Source: an uncultured Clostridia bacterium (lineage in GTDB: Bacteria; Bacillota; Clostridia; TANB77; CAG-508). From it: 64,000 bases of DNA. Positions 54,669-64,000 of this stretch are shown here, one piece after another; position 1 is the stretch's first letter, and the number at the start of each line of letters is the position of its first letter. The position numbers and the translations under genes are program-made. Location: the NCBI GenBank assembly GCA_947631915.1, contig CANRNC010000010.1:83-64082 (forward strand), in the 5' to 3' direction. The notes beneath the pieces were generated by a model. The model ran no database searches. It was not told the origin of the DNA and saw nothing but the letters and a program-made list of their open reading frames with translations.

Positions 54669-54845
54669 GATTGTTGCTCCTCCTTAAAGCGTTTTTTAAA
54701 CTGATTTAGGTGTCTTGACACTCTATAATAAAATTATACTATAAGATTAACATAATGTCAAACTTAATAAATATAACGATTAAAGTGGTTGAATAAAAGG
54801 AGACTTTATGATATACTGTGTTCAAATTATTTATGGAGGATATAT

Positions 54846-57110
54846 ATGTCTGAAGAAACTAATGAAAAAATAGAAAATATACAAGAAAAATTAAATTATA
54901 TAGGATTAGATTTTAATAATATACCAGATTTTTTAAAACATACAGAGATATTGGATTTTAGACCAGAAAGAACATATACTGATGAAAGCTATAAAGTTTA
55001 TCAGTATGTGCCTATTAATGATATACAAATAATTTTTACAAAAGCAAATAGAATGAATTCAATACAAGAAAAATATCAAAATGCAAGTTCAATATATAAT
55101 TATTTAGTAGTACAAAACGAAGATGATATAATTAAACATAACACTTTTTTGAAAATGCTAGAGACAGTGGAAATACAGGAAATAGAAGATATAAGTGAAG
55201 AACAAGATAATTTAAATAATTCAATTCCATTTTTGGTTAAGTATGACAAAAATTATTTGTGGGAGATATATTATTCTCAACATTTGCATAAATATTTTAT
55301 GTTGGTAACAACAGAAGATAAAGAGTATTCAAGTTTTTTCTACTTATTAAGAGAGCAATTGAAGAACAGAGATGAAAATAAAAAAATTTTTGTGCCAATT
55401 AGTCATATGGATTATTCAACAGAATTACTAGGAAAAGATGAATTTAAAGATCTAGAAAAGTATGTATGGAAATTTACTGGAGAATGGCCTAATGTATATG
55501 AAGTGTATGATAAGGAAGGAAAACCATCAATTCAAATATGTGGAAAAACTGTAGTTTATGGGAAATTAGAAAGTATTTATAAACTTAAATTAAAAGATAA
55601 AGAGAGTGCATCAAAATTTTTTAAATTAGTTAAAGCATTATTTATATTAGAAACAGAATTTCCTCACAATTATAATTTTGAAGTGCAAATAGCACAAGAT
55701 GGAGGATTAGAATTTGTGTATAATTCTAAAATAATAACATATGACATTTTAGAAAATTTTATAAAGGATGAATATAAAAAGAAATTTGAATCACTTCGTA
55801 TTTTAAAGAAAGAAGAAAAAATACTAAAAGAAGTACTCAACAATTTGAAAATAATTGAAGAAGAAAGAGAAAAAGAATATTTACTAAAACAAAAACAAGT
55901 TGCTACTTATCTAAAGTGTAGGAAAAGTTTTTTTGGAAAAGTTAGATACTTTTTTAAAGGAAAGTTAAAAGAAGAAATAAAAAGAACAGAGCTTCCAGAA
56001 ACAAAAATAGAGGTAGATGAAGAAGAAATCAAGGAAGAATATGAAAGAGATTTTTATACATTAGAAGAACTAATTAATCTATGCAAGGAACTAAATGAAA
56101 CTTTAACAATTGTTAAAGATATCAAGATGGATAAAGCAGCTTTGGAAATAAAGAATAATAATTTAAAAGTTAAAATAAATAATGCAACAAAATTCATTGA
56201 AGAGATAGATAGTCATAAAAAAAGTATTTTTGAATTTTGGAAATTTGCTAATAAAGATAACACTTTAGCACTTGAAAGTGGAACGATTGAAGAGAAGCAG
56301 CAAGTTAAATCTAAAACTTTTGATACATATTATGATTATATTGATGATAAAGAGGAGATTGCTTACAAAATTGATGAATCACAAAGAAAGATACTTTCAA
56401 AAGAAAATACAGACAATGTTTTTCTAGCGGTAACAAAGTTTTTAGAGGCTATTAATGCAATAAAAAGTGGAGTACAATATAACTTTTCATTAGAATTAGA
56501 AAATATTAAAAATGACTTAAAAAGCCTTCAGGAGTTGTTTGAAGCAGAAGAATTTGACATATTTGGGAATTCAGTCCATGATAAGACCAAAATAAGCATT
56601 TTGGGCGGAAAAAAGCATAGAGAAAAGAAAAAAGAAGAATATAAAATACTAGAAGTAAATAAAGATACTGATACAATTGCGTTTGTATCAAGACTTCATG
56701 GAATAGTAAATGATTTAGATAAAATTTTCGAAAAGAATAATTTAGGAATGCAGTTAAATGTATATCAAGCATCTGTGAAGTCCTTAAATACAGAAGGATA
56801 TGGCATTTTTAACATTAATCCTCAAAATGCACTATATAAAATAAAGAATGAACCTATTGTTAATTTATATGCTATGCATTTAAAGCCAACAACACCAGCT
56901 ATAGGTCTATCTAATATCATTTATTATGATAATATTAATAAAACTTTACCTGTTGGAATGGACATATCTGATGAAGTATTACTTGATGTTGGAAAACTAA
57001 ATCTAGAATTAAAAAGACAAAGATTATTTAGAGTAAATATAGAATACGATATACACAATATAAAAACTGAAACAATTTGCGCTTATGAATATGAAATAAA
57101 AGACAAATAG
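54846..57110 (+). CDS. large hypothetical protein (755 aa), Lys/Glu-rich with predicted coiled-coil regions, no recognised domain
   Basis: ATG with RBS tggagga; long uninterrupted ORF. Confidence 0.45.
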   Translation: MSEETNEKIENIQEKLNYIGLDFNNIPDFLKHTEILDFRPERTYTDESYKVYQYVPINDIQIIFTKANRMNSIQEKYQNASSIYNYLVVQNEDDIIKHNTFLKMLETVEIQEIEDISEEQDNLNNSIPFLVKYDKNYLWEIYYSQHLHKYFMLVTTEDKEYSSFFYLLREQLKNRDENKKIFVPISHMDYSTELLGKDEFKDLEKYVWKFTGEWPNVYEVYDKEGKPSIQICGKTVVYGKLESIYKLKLKDKESASKFFKLVKALFILETEFPHNYNFEVQIAQDGGLEFVYNSKIITYDILENFIKDEYKKKFESLRILKKEEKILKEVLNNLKIIEEEREKEYLLKQKQVATYLKCRKSFFGKVRYFFKGKLKEEIKRTELPETKIEVDEEEIKEEYERDFYTLEELINLCKELNETLTIVKDIKMDKAALEIKNNNLKVKINNATKFIEEIDSHKKSIFEFWKFANKDNTLALESGTIEEKQQVKSKTFDTYYDYIDDKEEIAYKIDESQRKILSKENTDNVFLAVTKFLEAINAIKSGVQYNFSLELENIKNDLKSLQELFEAEEFDIFGNSVHDKTKISILGGKKHREKKKEEYKILEVNKDTDTIAFVSRLHGIVNDLDKIFEKNNLGMQLNVYQASVKSLNTEGYGIFNINPQNALYKIKNEPIVNLYAMHLKPTTPAIGLSNIIYYDNINKTLPVGMDISDEVLLDVGKLNLELKRQRLFRVNIEYDIHNIKTETICAYEYEIKDK

Positions 57111-57137
57111 GTATTGACTAAAGGAGGATATCCTATT

Positions 57138-58466
57138 ATGAAATCAAAGCGAAAATTAAATACTTTAGGGCTATTTTTAATTGTTGGCGTTTTAGTGGCA
57201 ACAGTTGTATTTAGTATATACTTATATTTTAATGCAAAGAAGAAAAAAATACTATCAAATATTCAAAATGAAATAGCAGAAGTGAATAAGTATTATGTGT
57301 ATGGGACTCATTTTAACATTGAATGTATGATTGACAATTTAGAATCTAATAATATAAAAGATATAAAGTATGAATTAGTAGATATTTCAGAAAATGAAAA
57401 AGAATATAATGCAATATATGAAATACATGATAATAAAATAAAAGTTATGACTTCAAATAAAATTAATGAAGGAATATATCTTGAAGACATTGAAAGTGGA
57501 AGGTATATTTTACTTTTAAAAATAAAATATTTGGATGATAAAGTAGAATATTATTCAATGGATAATATTACAGGTTATCAAGAGATAGAGTATTATACAA
57601 TTACGAAGAAAAATTCTAATAAAAAAGTTAAGATAGAATTTGCAACATATAATTTAGACAATAAAAATATTCCTTATATTAAATTGAATGTATCAAAAGT
57701 TAGAATGCCAGAGAAGGTTTATGATATTTCTATTGATCCAGGACATGGTGGGAGTGATCCCGGAGCAGTTTATGACAAGTATAAAGAAGCAGAAATTGCA
57801 ATGAAATATTCTATTGAATTAAAAAAAAGATTAGAAAGTATAGGTTTGAAAGTAATTCTTACAAGAGATGGAACAGAGGATACATCAGAGACAAGTAAAT
57901 TTAATGCTTACAGCGTATATGATTTTGATGGAAGAGTAAACGTAGTTGGCAGAGCAAAAGTTAAATATAATTTTTCAATTCATATAAATAGCTATGATAC
58001 TAATACTTTAAATGGTACAGAGATTTATGCTCCTTCCAATGTATCCCTGGAAATTGCACAATCATTAGCAGATAATATTGTTAGAATTGCTAATACTAAA
58101 TATTCAACAAGAAATACTGATAAAGTATCAGATGGAGTTTATGTTAGAACGTTTAAAGAAGATGAAATTGCGGAGTCAGCTAAAAATGCAAGAAAAAAAG
58201 GATTTGATCCATATGATATCACAAGCTCAACACCTTATTTATATATGATACGAGAGGTTGGAGGAATAGTAACAGGAGCCTATATAGATGGAAGAAATAA
58301 AGATTATGGAACTAATTTATATTATAACTCTAATATAGGTGTAGAAAGTTATTTAATTGAATTAGGGTATATAATAAATAAAAACGATTTAAAAAATATG
58401 TTAAATAATCAGTCAGCATATATTGATGCTATAACAAAGACTATAGAGGAATATATTTGTAAATAA
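57138..58466 (+). CDS. N-acetylmuramoyl-L-alanine amidase (Amidase_3) with N-terminal TM and ~170-aa spacer domain
   Basis: ISIDPGHGGSDPGAV ... INSYD ... C-terminal Amidase_3 core; RBS aaggagg. Confidence 0.75.
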   Translation: MKSKRKLNTLGLFLIVGVLVATVVFSIYLYFNAKKKKILSNIQNEIAEVNKYYVYGTHFNIECMIDNLESNNIKDIKYELVDISENEKEYNAIYEIHDNKIKVMTSNKINEGIYLEDIESGRYILLLKIKYLDDKVEYYSMDNITGYQEIEYYTITKKNSNKKVKIEFATYNLDNKNIPYIKLNVSKVRMPEKVYDISIDPGHGGSDPGAVYDKYKEAEIAMKYSIELKKRLESIGLKVILTRDGTEDTSETSKFNAYSVYDFDGRVNVVGRAKVKYNFSIHINSYDTNTLNGTEIYAPSNVSLEIAQSLADNIVRIANTKYSTRNTDKVSDGVYVRTFKEDEIAESAKNARKKGFDPYDITSSTPYLYMIREVGGIVTGAYIDGRNKDYGTNLYYNSNIGVESYLIELGYIINKNDLKNMLNNQSAYIDAITKTIEEYICK

Positions 58467-58548
58467 AAAAATTTAAAAGTGCATAAAATAAGTATAATTA
58501 ACACATAATAATAGACAAATAACTATATTGAAAGGATTTGATATTATT

Positions 58549-58992
58549 ATGAAGGTTAAAGATTGTATGACAAATTCAGTTTATAATTGTACACCAGAAA
58601 CAACAATTCAAGATGTTGCAAAACAAATGTGTGAAAACCACATAGGATGTCTACCTGTATGCGATAATGGAAATAATATTGTTGGATTAATAACAGATAG
58701 AGATATTGTATTAAGAGGTGTTGCATGCGGAAAAGATGCCAAAACAACTCCAATAAGTGAAATAATGACAACTAATGTTTGTTGTTGCAATACCAATGAT
58801 GAAGTTAATGAGGCAGAGAAACTAATGGGAAATATGCAAATAAAAAGGATACCAGTATTAGAAAATGACAGAATAGTTGGAATTCTAACAGTAGGAAATT
58901 TAGTAAATGATACGAAAGTAACAAGTATTGAAGTATCTAATACACTAGAAAATATATGTCATTGTGGACCAAATGCAAAAAATAATGAATAA
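58549..58992 (+). CDS. CBS-domain pair protein with Cys-rich C-terminal tail
   Basis: Two CBS motifs (GCLPVCDNGNNIVGLITDRDI; KRIPVLENDRIVGILT). Confidence 0.7.
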   Translation: MKVKDCMTNSVYNCTPETTIQDVAKQMCENHIGCLPVCDNGNNIVGLITDRDIVLRGVACGKDAKTTPISEIMTTNVCCCNTNDEVNEAEKLMGNMQIKRIPVLENDRIVGILTVGNLVNDTKVTSIEVSNTLENICHCGPNAKNNE

Positions 58993-59171
58993 TGTGTAAA
59001 GAGAAAAATTTATATTAATTTTGAATAAGAAAGAATAAAAAGAATGATACTTTTTATTCTTTTTTAATTAGTATATATAATTTAAGAAAGTGTTTAAAGA
59101 GTTGTTTTTTATACTTGCAAAAAGCTAATAAATGATATAATATATTGTATATAATTAAAGAGGAGAGATAT

Positions 59172-60116
59172 ATGAAATCATTTGATAGAAAAATAAGAGA
59201 AGTAAGAAATAAAAGATTACTTCTTGCAATAATTGTACTAATAATTGCATTTATTATATTTGTACTGGGAATAGTTGAAATAGTTCCTAAAAATATAGAT
59301 TATGAAGAATTTAATAAAAATGAGAAAATAAGTAATTATGCAAAATCAAAAATATATTATCTAATAGGACCAGTATTAGAAGTTAAAGATCAAAAGGATA
59401 AATCTAATATTTTAGGTTATTACATAGCATCTGGAGAAGAAGGCTTATTTATAATTAGACTAAATGAAAATAACATAGAAATTCCTATACTAGGAAAGGA
59501 TATAGAAAAAGATGCTACAGATACTTTAGAAGGAATAGAGGTATATGGAAGTGTAGAGTTAAGTTCTTATAGCTTAAGAGATACTTTGTATGAGAGATTA
59601 AATAATCTATTAAATGATAATATTGTTAATGATGAGAGCTTTGATAAGGTATTTGGAGGATATTATTTAGATACGGTGCCTGATGTTAAAAATAATGGGA
59701 TAAAACTATTTATTTTATCTGGATTTTTTGCGATAATAGGTATACTTTATATATTGATAAATAAGCATATTAGGTCTAATGTAAATGAATGCCTTAAAGA
59801 ATTAAAAGAAAAAGGAGAACTAGAGAAAGTAATTGAAGAATTTGATAATAGTAAATTAATAGAATATAGAAGTTTACAGGTCTATTTATCCCCTAGTTAT
59901 ATATTCAGCTACGGTTTAGGGGTTGATGTTATTTCATTTAATGACATTCAAGAAGTTACTGTGTCTAAAAATGATATAAACAATCGTGATAAGAATAAGT
60001 ATATTGTTATTACCACGAAAGATAATAGGCAATATTATATAGCACCTATTAGAAGAAAAAAACAAAAAGTAATATTTAATGAGTTACTTACAAAAATAAA
60101 AACTATAATTGAATAA
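59172..60116 (+). CDS. hypothetical membrane protein (two TM segments)
   Basis: 315-aa ORF; terminators on both sides. Confidence 0.4.
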   Translation: MKSFDRKIREVRNKRLLLAIIVLIIAFIIFVLGIVEIVPKNIDYEEFNKNEKISNYAKSKIYYLIGPVLEVKDQKDKSNILGYYIASGEEGLFIIRLNENNIEIPILGKDIEKDATDTLEGIEVYGSVELSSYSLRDTLYERLNNLLNDNIVNDESFDKVFGGYYLDTVPDVKNNGIKLFILSGFFAIIGILYILINKHIRSNVNECLKELKEKGELEKVIEEFDNSKLIEYRSLQVYLSPSYIFSYGLGVDVISFNDIQEVTVSKNDINNRDKNKYIVITTKDNRQYYIAPIRRKKQKVIFNELLTKIKTIIE

Positions 60117-60162
60117 TATAATAAAAGCAAGTAATATTAAAGTTACTTGCTTTTAATTATAT

Positions 60163-61395
60163 TTATCTCATCATTTTAAACCATTTAGAATACAAATTGC
60201 TGGTAATATTGAAAAAACCAGACCTCATTACATCTGAATTAGCTATAATATTAACTGTTGCGATAGCTTCATCATTTATAGTGTAAGTCGCAGTTCCAAT
60301 TTTTTCGCCTTTTTTTATAGGTGCCTCTAGATTGTCTTCAAATGTTATACTTTGTGTAACACTACTTTCTAGCCCTTTTTTTATAATCACAGAAGCAGAT
60401 GATTCAAACACTCCTTCAACAGTTTCAGATATTCCTTTTGATAAAGGAACAGTAGCAACTATATCGCCAGGTTTTCCAAAGGTTACTGCAGAATAATTGG
60501 AAAATCCATAATCTAAAAGTTTTCTTGCTTCAGCAAAACGAGTAGCTGTTGTTGGTGCATGCATTATAACTGCGATTAAAGATAAATCATCTCTCGTAGC
60601 ACTAGCAGATAAATTATATAAAGCTAAACCTGTCGAACCTGTTTTTAAACCAGTACATCCATTATAAGTTCGAAGTAATTTATTTGTATTGACAAGTTCT
60701 GATTTTCCATTTCGTAACGAATCCATGTAAATAGTTGTATAATTAGTGATTTCAGGATGTTTTGTTAAAAGTTCACGAGACATTAAAGAGATATCATATG
60801 CAGAAGTGACATGACCATCTTCATCAATTCCATGACAGTTTACAAAGTGTGTATCTTTCATACCAAGTTCTTTAGCTCTAGCATTCATACGCTGTACAAA
60901 TGCTTCTTCAGAACCAGCTAAATACTCGGCCATAGCCATTGTACAGTCATTAGCGGAAACAACACAAATTGCTTTTAACATATCGTTAACGCTTAAATTC
61001 TCTCTTGGATCTAGCCAAATTTGCGAACCACCCATAGATCTTGCATTTTCGCTACAAGGAATAGGGGTGTCCAAGGAAACATCACCTCTTTCTAAAGCCT
61101 CCATTATTAGTAAAATAGACATTACTTTGGTTACACTTGCAGGGCGCAATTGTTCATGACAATTTTGCTCATATAATATTTGACCAGAAGATTGTTCAAT
61201 TAAAATTGCAGATGTAGATTCAAGATTAAGAGAATTTGAACTAACATCTGAAGAAACTATAACTGAAGAAGTTTCAGAATTTGTGTTGGCTAAAGTTGAC
61301 CAAATATATTCATATGTTGAAGCATAGGAATTACAAGTATAAAAAAATATAATAAAAAAAATCATAAAAAAATATACTACTTTTTTAAGATACAT
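60163..61395 (-). CDS. dacF: D-alanyl-D-alanine carboxypeptidase (PBP5/DacF-type, S11)
   Basis: Signal peptide, SxxK (ASVTK), SxN (SAND), KTG (KTGST) motifs, C-terminal PBP5_C domain. Confidence 0.85.
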   Translation of the reverse strand: MYLKKVVYFFMIFFIIFFYTCNSYASTYEYIWSTLANTNSETSSVIVSSDVSSNSLNLESTSAILIEQSSGQILYEQNCHEQLRPASVTKVMSILLIMEALERGDVSLDTPIPCSENARSMGGSQIWLDPRENLSVNDMLKAICVVSANDCTMAMAEYLAGSEEAFVQRMNARAKELGMKDTHFVNCHGIDEDGHVTSAYDISLMSRELLTKHPEITNYTTIYMDSLRNGKSELVNTNKLLRTYNGCTGLKTGSTGLALYNLSASATRDDLSLIAVIMHAPTTATRFAEARKLLDYGFSNYSAVTFGKPGDIVATVPLSKGISETVEGVFESSASVIIKKGLESSVTQSITFEDNLEAPIKKGEKIGTATYTINDEAIATVNIIANSDVMRSGFFNITSNLYSKWFKMMR

Positions 61396-61659
61396 AAAAC
61401 CTCCAATCTAGTTATTGTAAACTATATAATGATTTTGTTAATATATATGTTTTGAAAATATAAAATATTCAAAAAAATTTTTTATTATTAAATAGACAAA
61501 AAAATCAATGAATAGTTGATAAAATATATATGTAAAAATCACAGAGGAAAATATTGGAATTTGTCTAAAAATAAATTAGAAAAATTCTATTGCAAATATA
61601 TTTTTTTTAATGTTATAATGAGTATAACGATTTACAAGAGAAGGAGATGTTATAGGATA

Positions 61660-61830
61660 TGTTACAAAAAATAGGGGATTTCAAAGGAATTGATATTGAG
61701 GTAATACAAGGCTTTAATAATATCGTTTATTCTGGATTATTAGATGAAGCACCTGCAGAAATAAAACAAATGAATTATATTAGAACTGAACCAAATATAA
61801 AAAATAGTAAGTTAGTATTTGTTGTATAAT
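61660..61830 (+). CDS. small ORF (56 aa) with its own TTGCAA-17-TTATAAT promoter (~61600-61630) and hairpin terminator
   Basis: Promoter, ORF and terminator read directly; no family. Confidence 0.25.
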
Positions 61831-61951
61831 TGATAAATAATATAATTTGGAGCACACTATATGTGCTCCTTTAATTATTGTATAAAACCTATTGCAAAAA
61901 ATGTTTGTTCGATATATAATTGTCATATAAAATTTAGAGGGAAAGAAAATA

Positions 61952-62956
61952 ATGGATGAAAATGATATTGTAAAACCTGAAATAGAAAGTTTTGAAGAAG
62001 ATCAAATAGAGAAATCCTTAAGACCTAAAAATTTAAAAGAATATATAGGTCAAAATAAGGTAAAAGAGAGTATGAAAGTCTATATAGAAGCAGCTAAAAA
62101 GAGAGGAGAACAATTAGATCACGTACTACTATATGGACCTCCTGGACTTGGAAAAACTACACTTTCAAATATTATTGCAAATGAAATGAATTCAAATATA
62201 AAAGTGACTTCTGGTCCTGCAATAGAGAAACCTGGAGATTTAGCAGCAATACTTACAAACTTATCAGAATTTGACATATTATTTATTGATGAAATACATA
62301 GATTAAATAGGTCAGTTGAAGAAATCTTATATCCTGCATTAGAGGACTATTCTTTAGATATAGTAATAGGAAAAGGACCATCTGCTAGGTCTATAAGGTT
62401 AGATTTACCTAAATTTACTTTAATAGGTGCAACTACTAAAGCAGGTTCACTTACAACACCTTTGAGAGATAGATTTGGTATTGTATCAAGACTAGAATTG
62501 TATAGTGAAGAAGAGTTAAATGATATAGTTAAAAGATCTGCTAAAATTTTAGAAGTCGAGATTGATGAGAGAGCTAGTTTAGAAATTGCGAGACGTTCAA
62601 GAGGCACGCCAAGAATTGCAAATAGATTATTAAAAAGAGTTAGAGACTATGCTTCTGTATTAGGAGATGGAAGTATAACTTTAAAAATTGCTAAAACAGC
62701 ATTAAATAATCTAGAAATTGATGAATTAGGTCTAGATGAAATTGATAGACAGATATTAGACACCATAATTTCAAAATTTAATGGTGGACCAGTTGGAATA
62801 GATGCTATTGCAACCACTATTGGAGAAGAAGTTGATACCATAGAAGATGTCTATGAACCATACTTGATTCAAATTGGTTTTATTTCTAGAACTACTAGAG
62901 GAAGAATCGTTTTACCTGATGGATATGCACATTTAGGATATAAATATGATAAATAA
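61952..62956 (+). CDS. ruvB: Holliday junction branch migration helicase RuvB
   Basis: [12 protein letters not shown]...[13 protein letters not shown]...; 334 aa. Confidence 0.95.
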   Translation: MDENDIVKPEIESFEEDQIEKSLRPKNLKEYIGQNKVKESMKVYIEAAKKRGEQLDHVLLYGPPGLGKTTLSNIIANEMNSNIKVTSGPAIEKPGDLAAILTNLSEFDILFIDEIHRLNRSVEEILYPALEDYSLDIVIGKGPSARSIRLDLPKFTLIGATTKAGSLTTPLRDRFGIVSRLELYSEEELNDIVKRSAKILEVEIDERASLEIARRSRGTPRIANRLLKRVRDYASVLGDGSITLKIAKTALNNLEIDELGLDEIDRQILDTIISKFNGGPVGIDAIATTIGEEVDTIEDVYEPYLIQIGFISRTTRGRIVLPDGYAHLGYKYDK

Positions 62957-62977
62957 GTTTTTCGAAAGGATTATAAG

Positions 62978-64000
62978 ATGAAAAATAAAATAATTAAAGT
63001 GTTTTTTTTAATAGTAAGTATTCTGCTTGTAATTCCTTCCATTATATATCTAATTGTAAATAAAAATGTGATAGAGTTTAATACATACTATAATTTTTTT
63101 ATTAATAATGATGTTAGTAAGTTTTTTTCTACCATAATTTATTTACTACTATTTACCTTACTTACAATATTGTATCTTATGCTAATAAGAAAAAAGAATA
63201 TTTTTAATAGTGTAAAAGACTTGATTAAATATACTGCAATAGTTGGTACTATATTTTTAATAATGCTACCATGGACTAGTTCAGATGTGTTTTATTATAT
63301 GGGTGTTGGAGAATTAGATTGCAGATATAATCAAAATCCTTATTATGTTACAATGAAAGACTATTATGAACAAAATAAAACTGAAATAAATGATGAAATT
63401 TTAGAAAAAGGTGCTTTTGGATATTGGGGAGGTACTACTGTAGTATATGGTCCCATAGCACAGCTAATATTTAAAATATCTTCATTTATTTCGATAAAAA
63501 ATGTTACAGTTGGACTATTTATATACAAAATAATAAACTTAATAATACATATTGCCAATACTTATCTAATATATAAAGTTAGTGGAAAAATGAAGTTTAC
63601 AACTATATATGGTTTAAATCCATTTGTTATGCTTGAGTTTATAGGAAATGTACATAATGATATAATAGTGGTATTTTTCTTACTTCTTACACTATATTTT
63701 TTATTGAAAAAGAAAAAATTATTATTAAGTATATTTTGTCTAGCATTAGCAACAGGAATAAAATATTTTTCAATTTTGTTATTACCGATAATAATATTAT
63801 ATCATTTTAGAGATGAGAAAAAGTTAAGCAAAAGATTTTTAAGATGTTTGCAGTATGGAACTATATTTTTAATAATATTTGCACTAGAATATGTGATGTA
63901 TTTTAAAGATTATCAAGTAATAGTAGCAATGTTTGCACAAACATCAAAATATGCAAAATCAATATATAGTGTTATTTTACAATATAATAGAGACTGGTTA
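62978..64000 (+). CDS. polytopic integral membrane protein, partial (runs off window end)
   Basis: Open frame from ATG 62978 to the window end, >8 hydrophobic segments; the architecture loosely resembles membrane glycosyl- or polymer-transferases. Confidence 0.4.
   Translation, partial: MKNKIIKVFFLIVSILLVIPSIIYLIVNKNVIEFNTYYNFFINNDVSKFFSTIIYLLLFTLLTILYLMLIRKKNIFNSVKDLIKYTAIVGTIFLIMLPWTSSDVFYYMGVGELDCRYNQNPYYVTMKDYYEQNKTEINDEILEKGAFGYWGGTTVVYGPIAQLIFKISSFISIKNVTVGLFIYKIINLIIHIANTYLIYKVSGKMKFTTIYGLNPFVMLEFIGNVHNDIIVVFFLLLTLYFLLKKKKLLLSIFCLALATGIKYFSILLLPIIILYHFRDEKKLSKRFLRCLQYGTIFLIIFALEYVMYFKDYQVIVAMFAQTSKYAKSIYSVILQYNRDWL

Overview
This is an AT-rich (clostridial-type, roughly 30% GC) chromosomal segment made up almost entirely of + strand housekeeping and sporulation genes. 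In order these are a DUF1848 gene, uvrB, an SF2 helicase carrying ~100-aa helicase-associated (HA) domain repeats, lepA, rlmB-like, ftsE-ftsX, a coiled-coil M23 peptidase, ctpA, an HD-domain protein, a divergent SecD/SecF-like pair, glyQS, relA, an MBL hydrolase, spoIIP, rpsO, pnp, a processive GT2 glycosyltransferase with a polysaccharide deacetylase, tRNA-Trp (-), tmRNA, a small AT-rich islet (MFS-like transporter, DUF2000, TSCPD), murB, yvcK, a glycogen-debranching-type enzyme, holA, gpr, an XRE/DUF4097 pair, fadD-like, clpB, spoIVFA/spoIVFB, fur-family, hrcA-grpE-dnaK-dnaJ, a 755-aa orphan, an Amidase_3, a CBS protein, dacF-like (-) and ruvB. Several features are unexplained by ordinary annotation. 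Three genes (uvrB, the helicase, spoIVFA) are broken by +1 frameshifts, and every single-base case is an extra C in front of GG. The helicase contains a near-identical ~300-bp tandem repeat array. The tmRNA 3' end is present in three direct copies that delimit a ~3 kb islet lacking an integrase. An ~80-bp inverted repeat pair brackets tRNA-Trp and ssrA. A hairpin repeat family acts as terminators, and one copy closes a candidate ~120-nt sRNA. A CIRCE operator is fused to a consensus promoter upstream of clpB, in addition to the expected CIRCE upstream of hrcA. No CRISPR array, rRNA gene or intact mobile element was seen.
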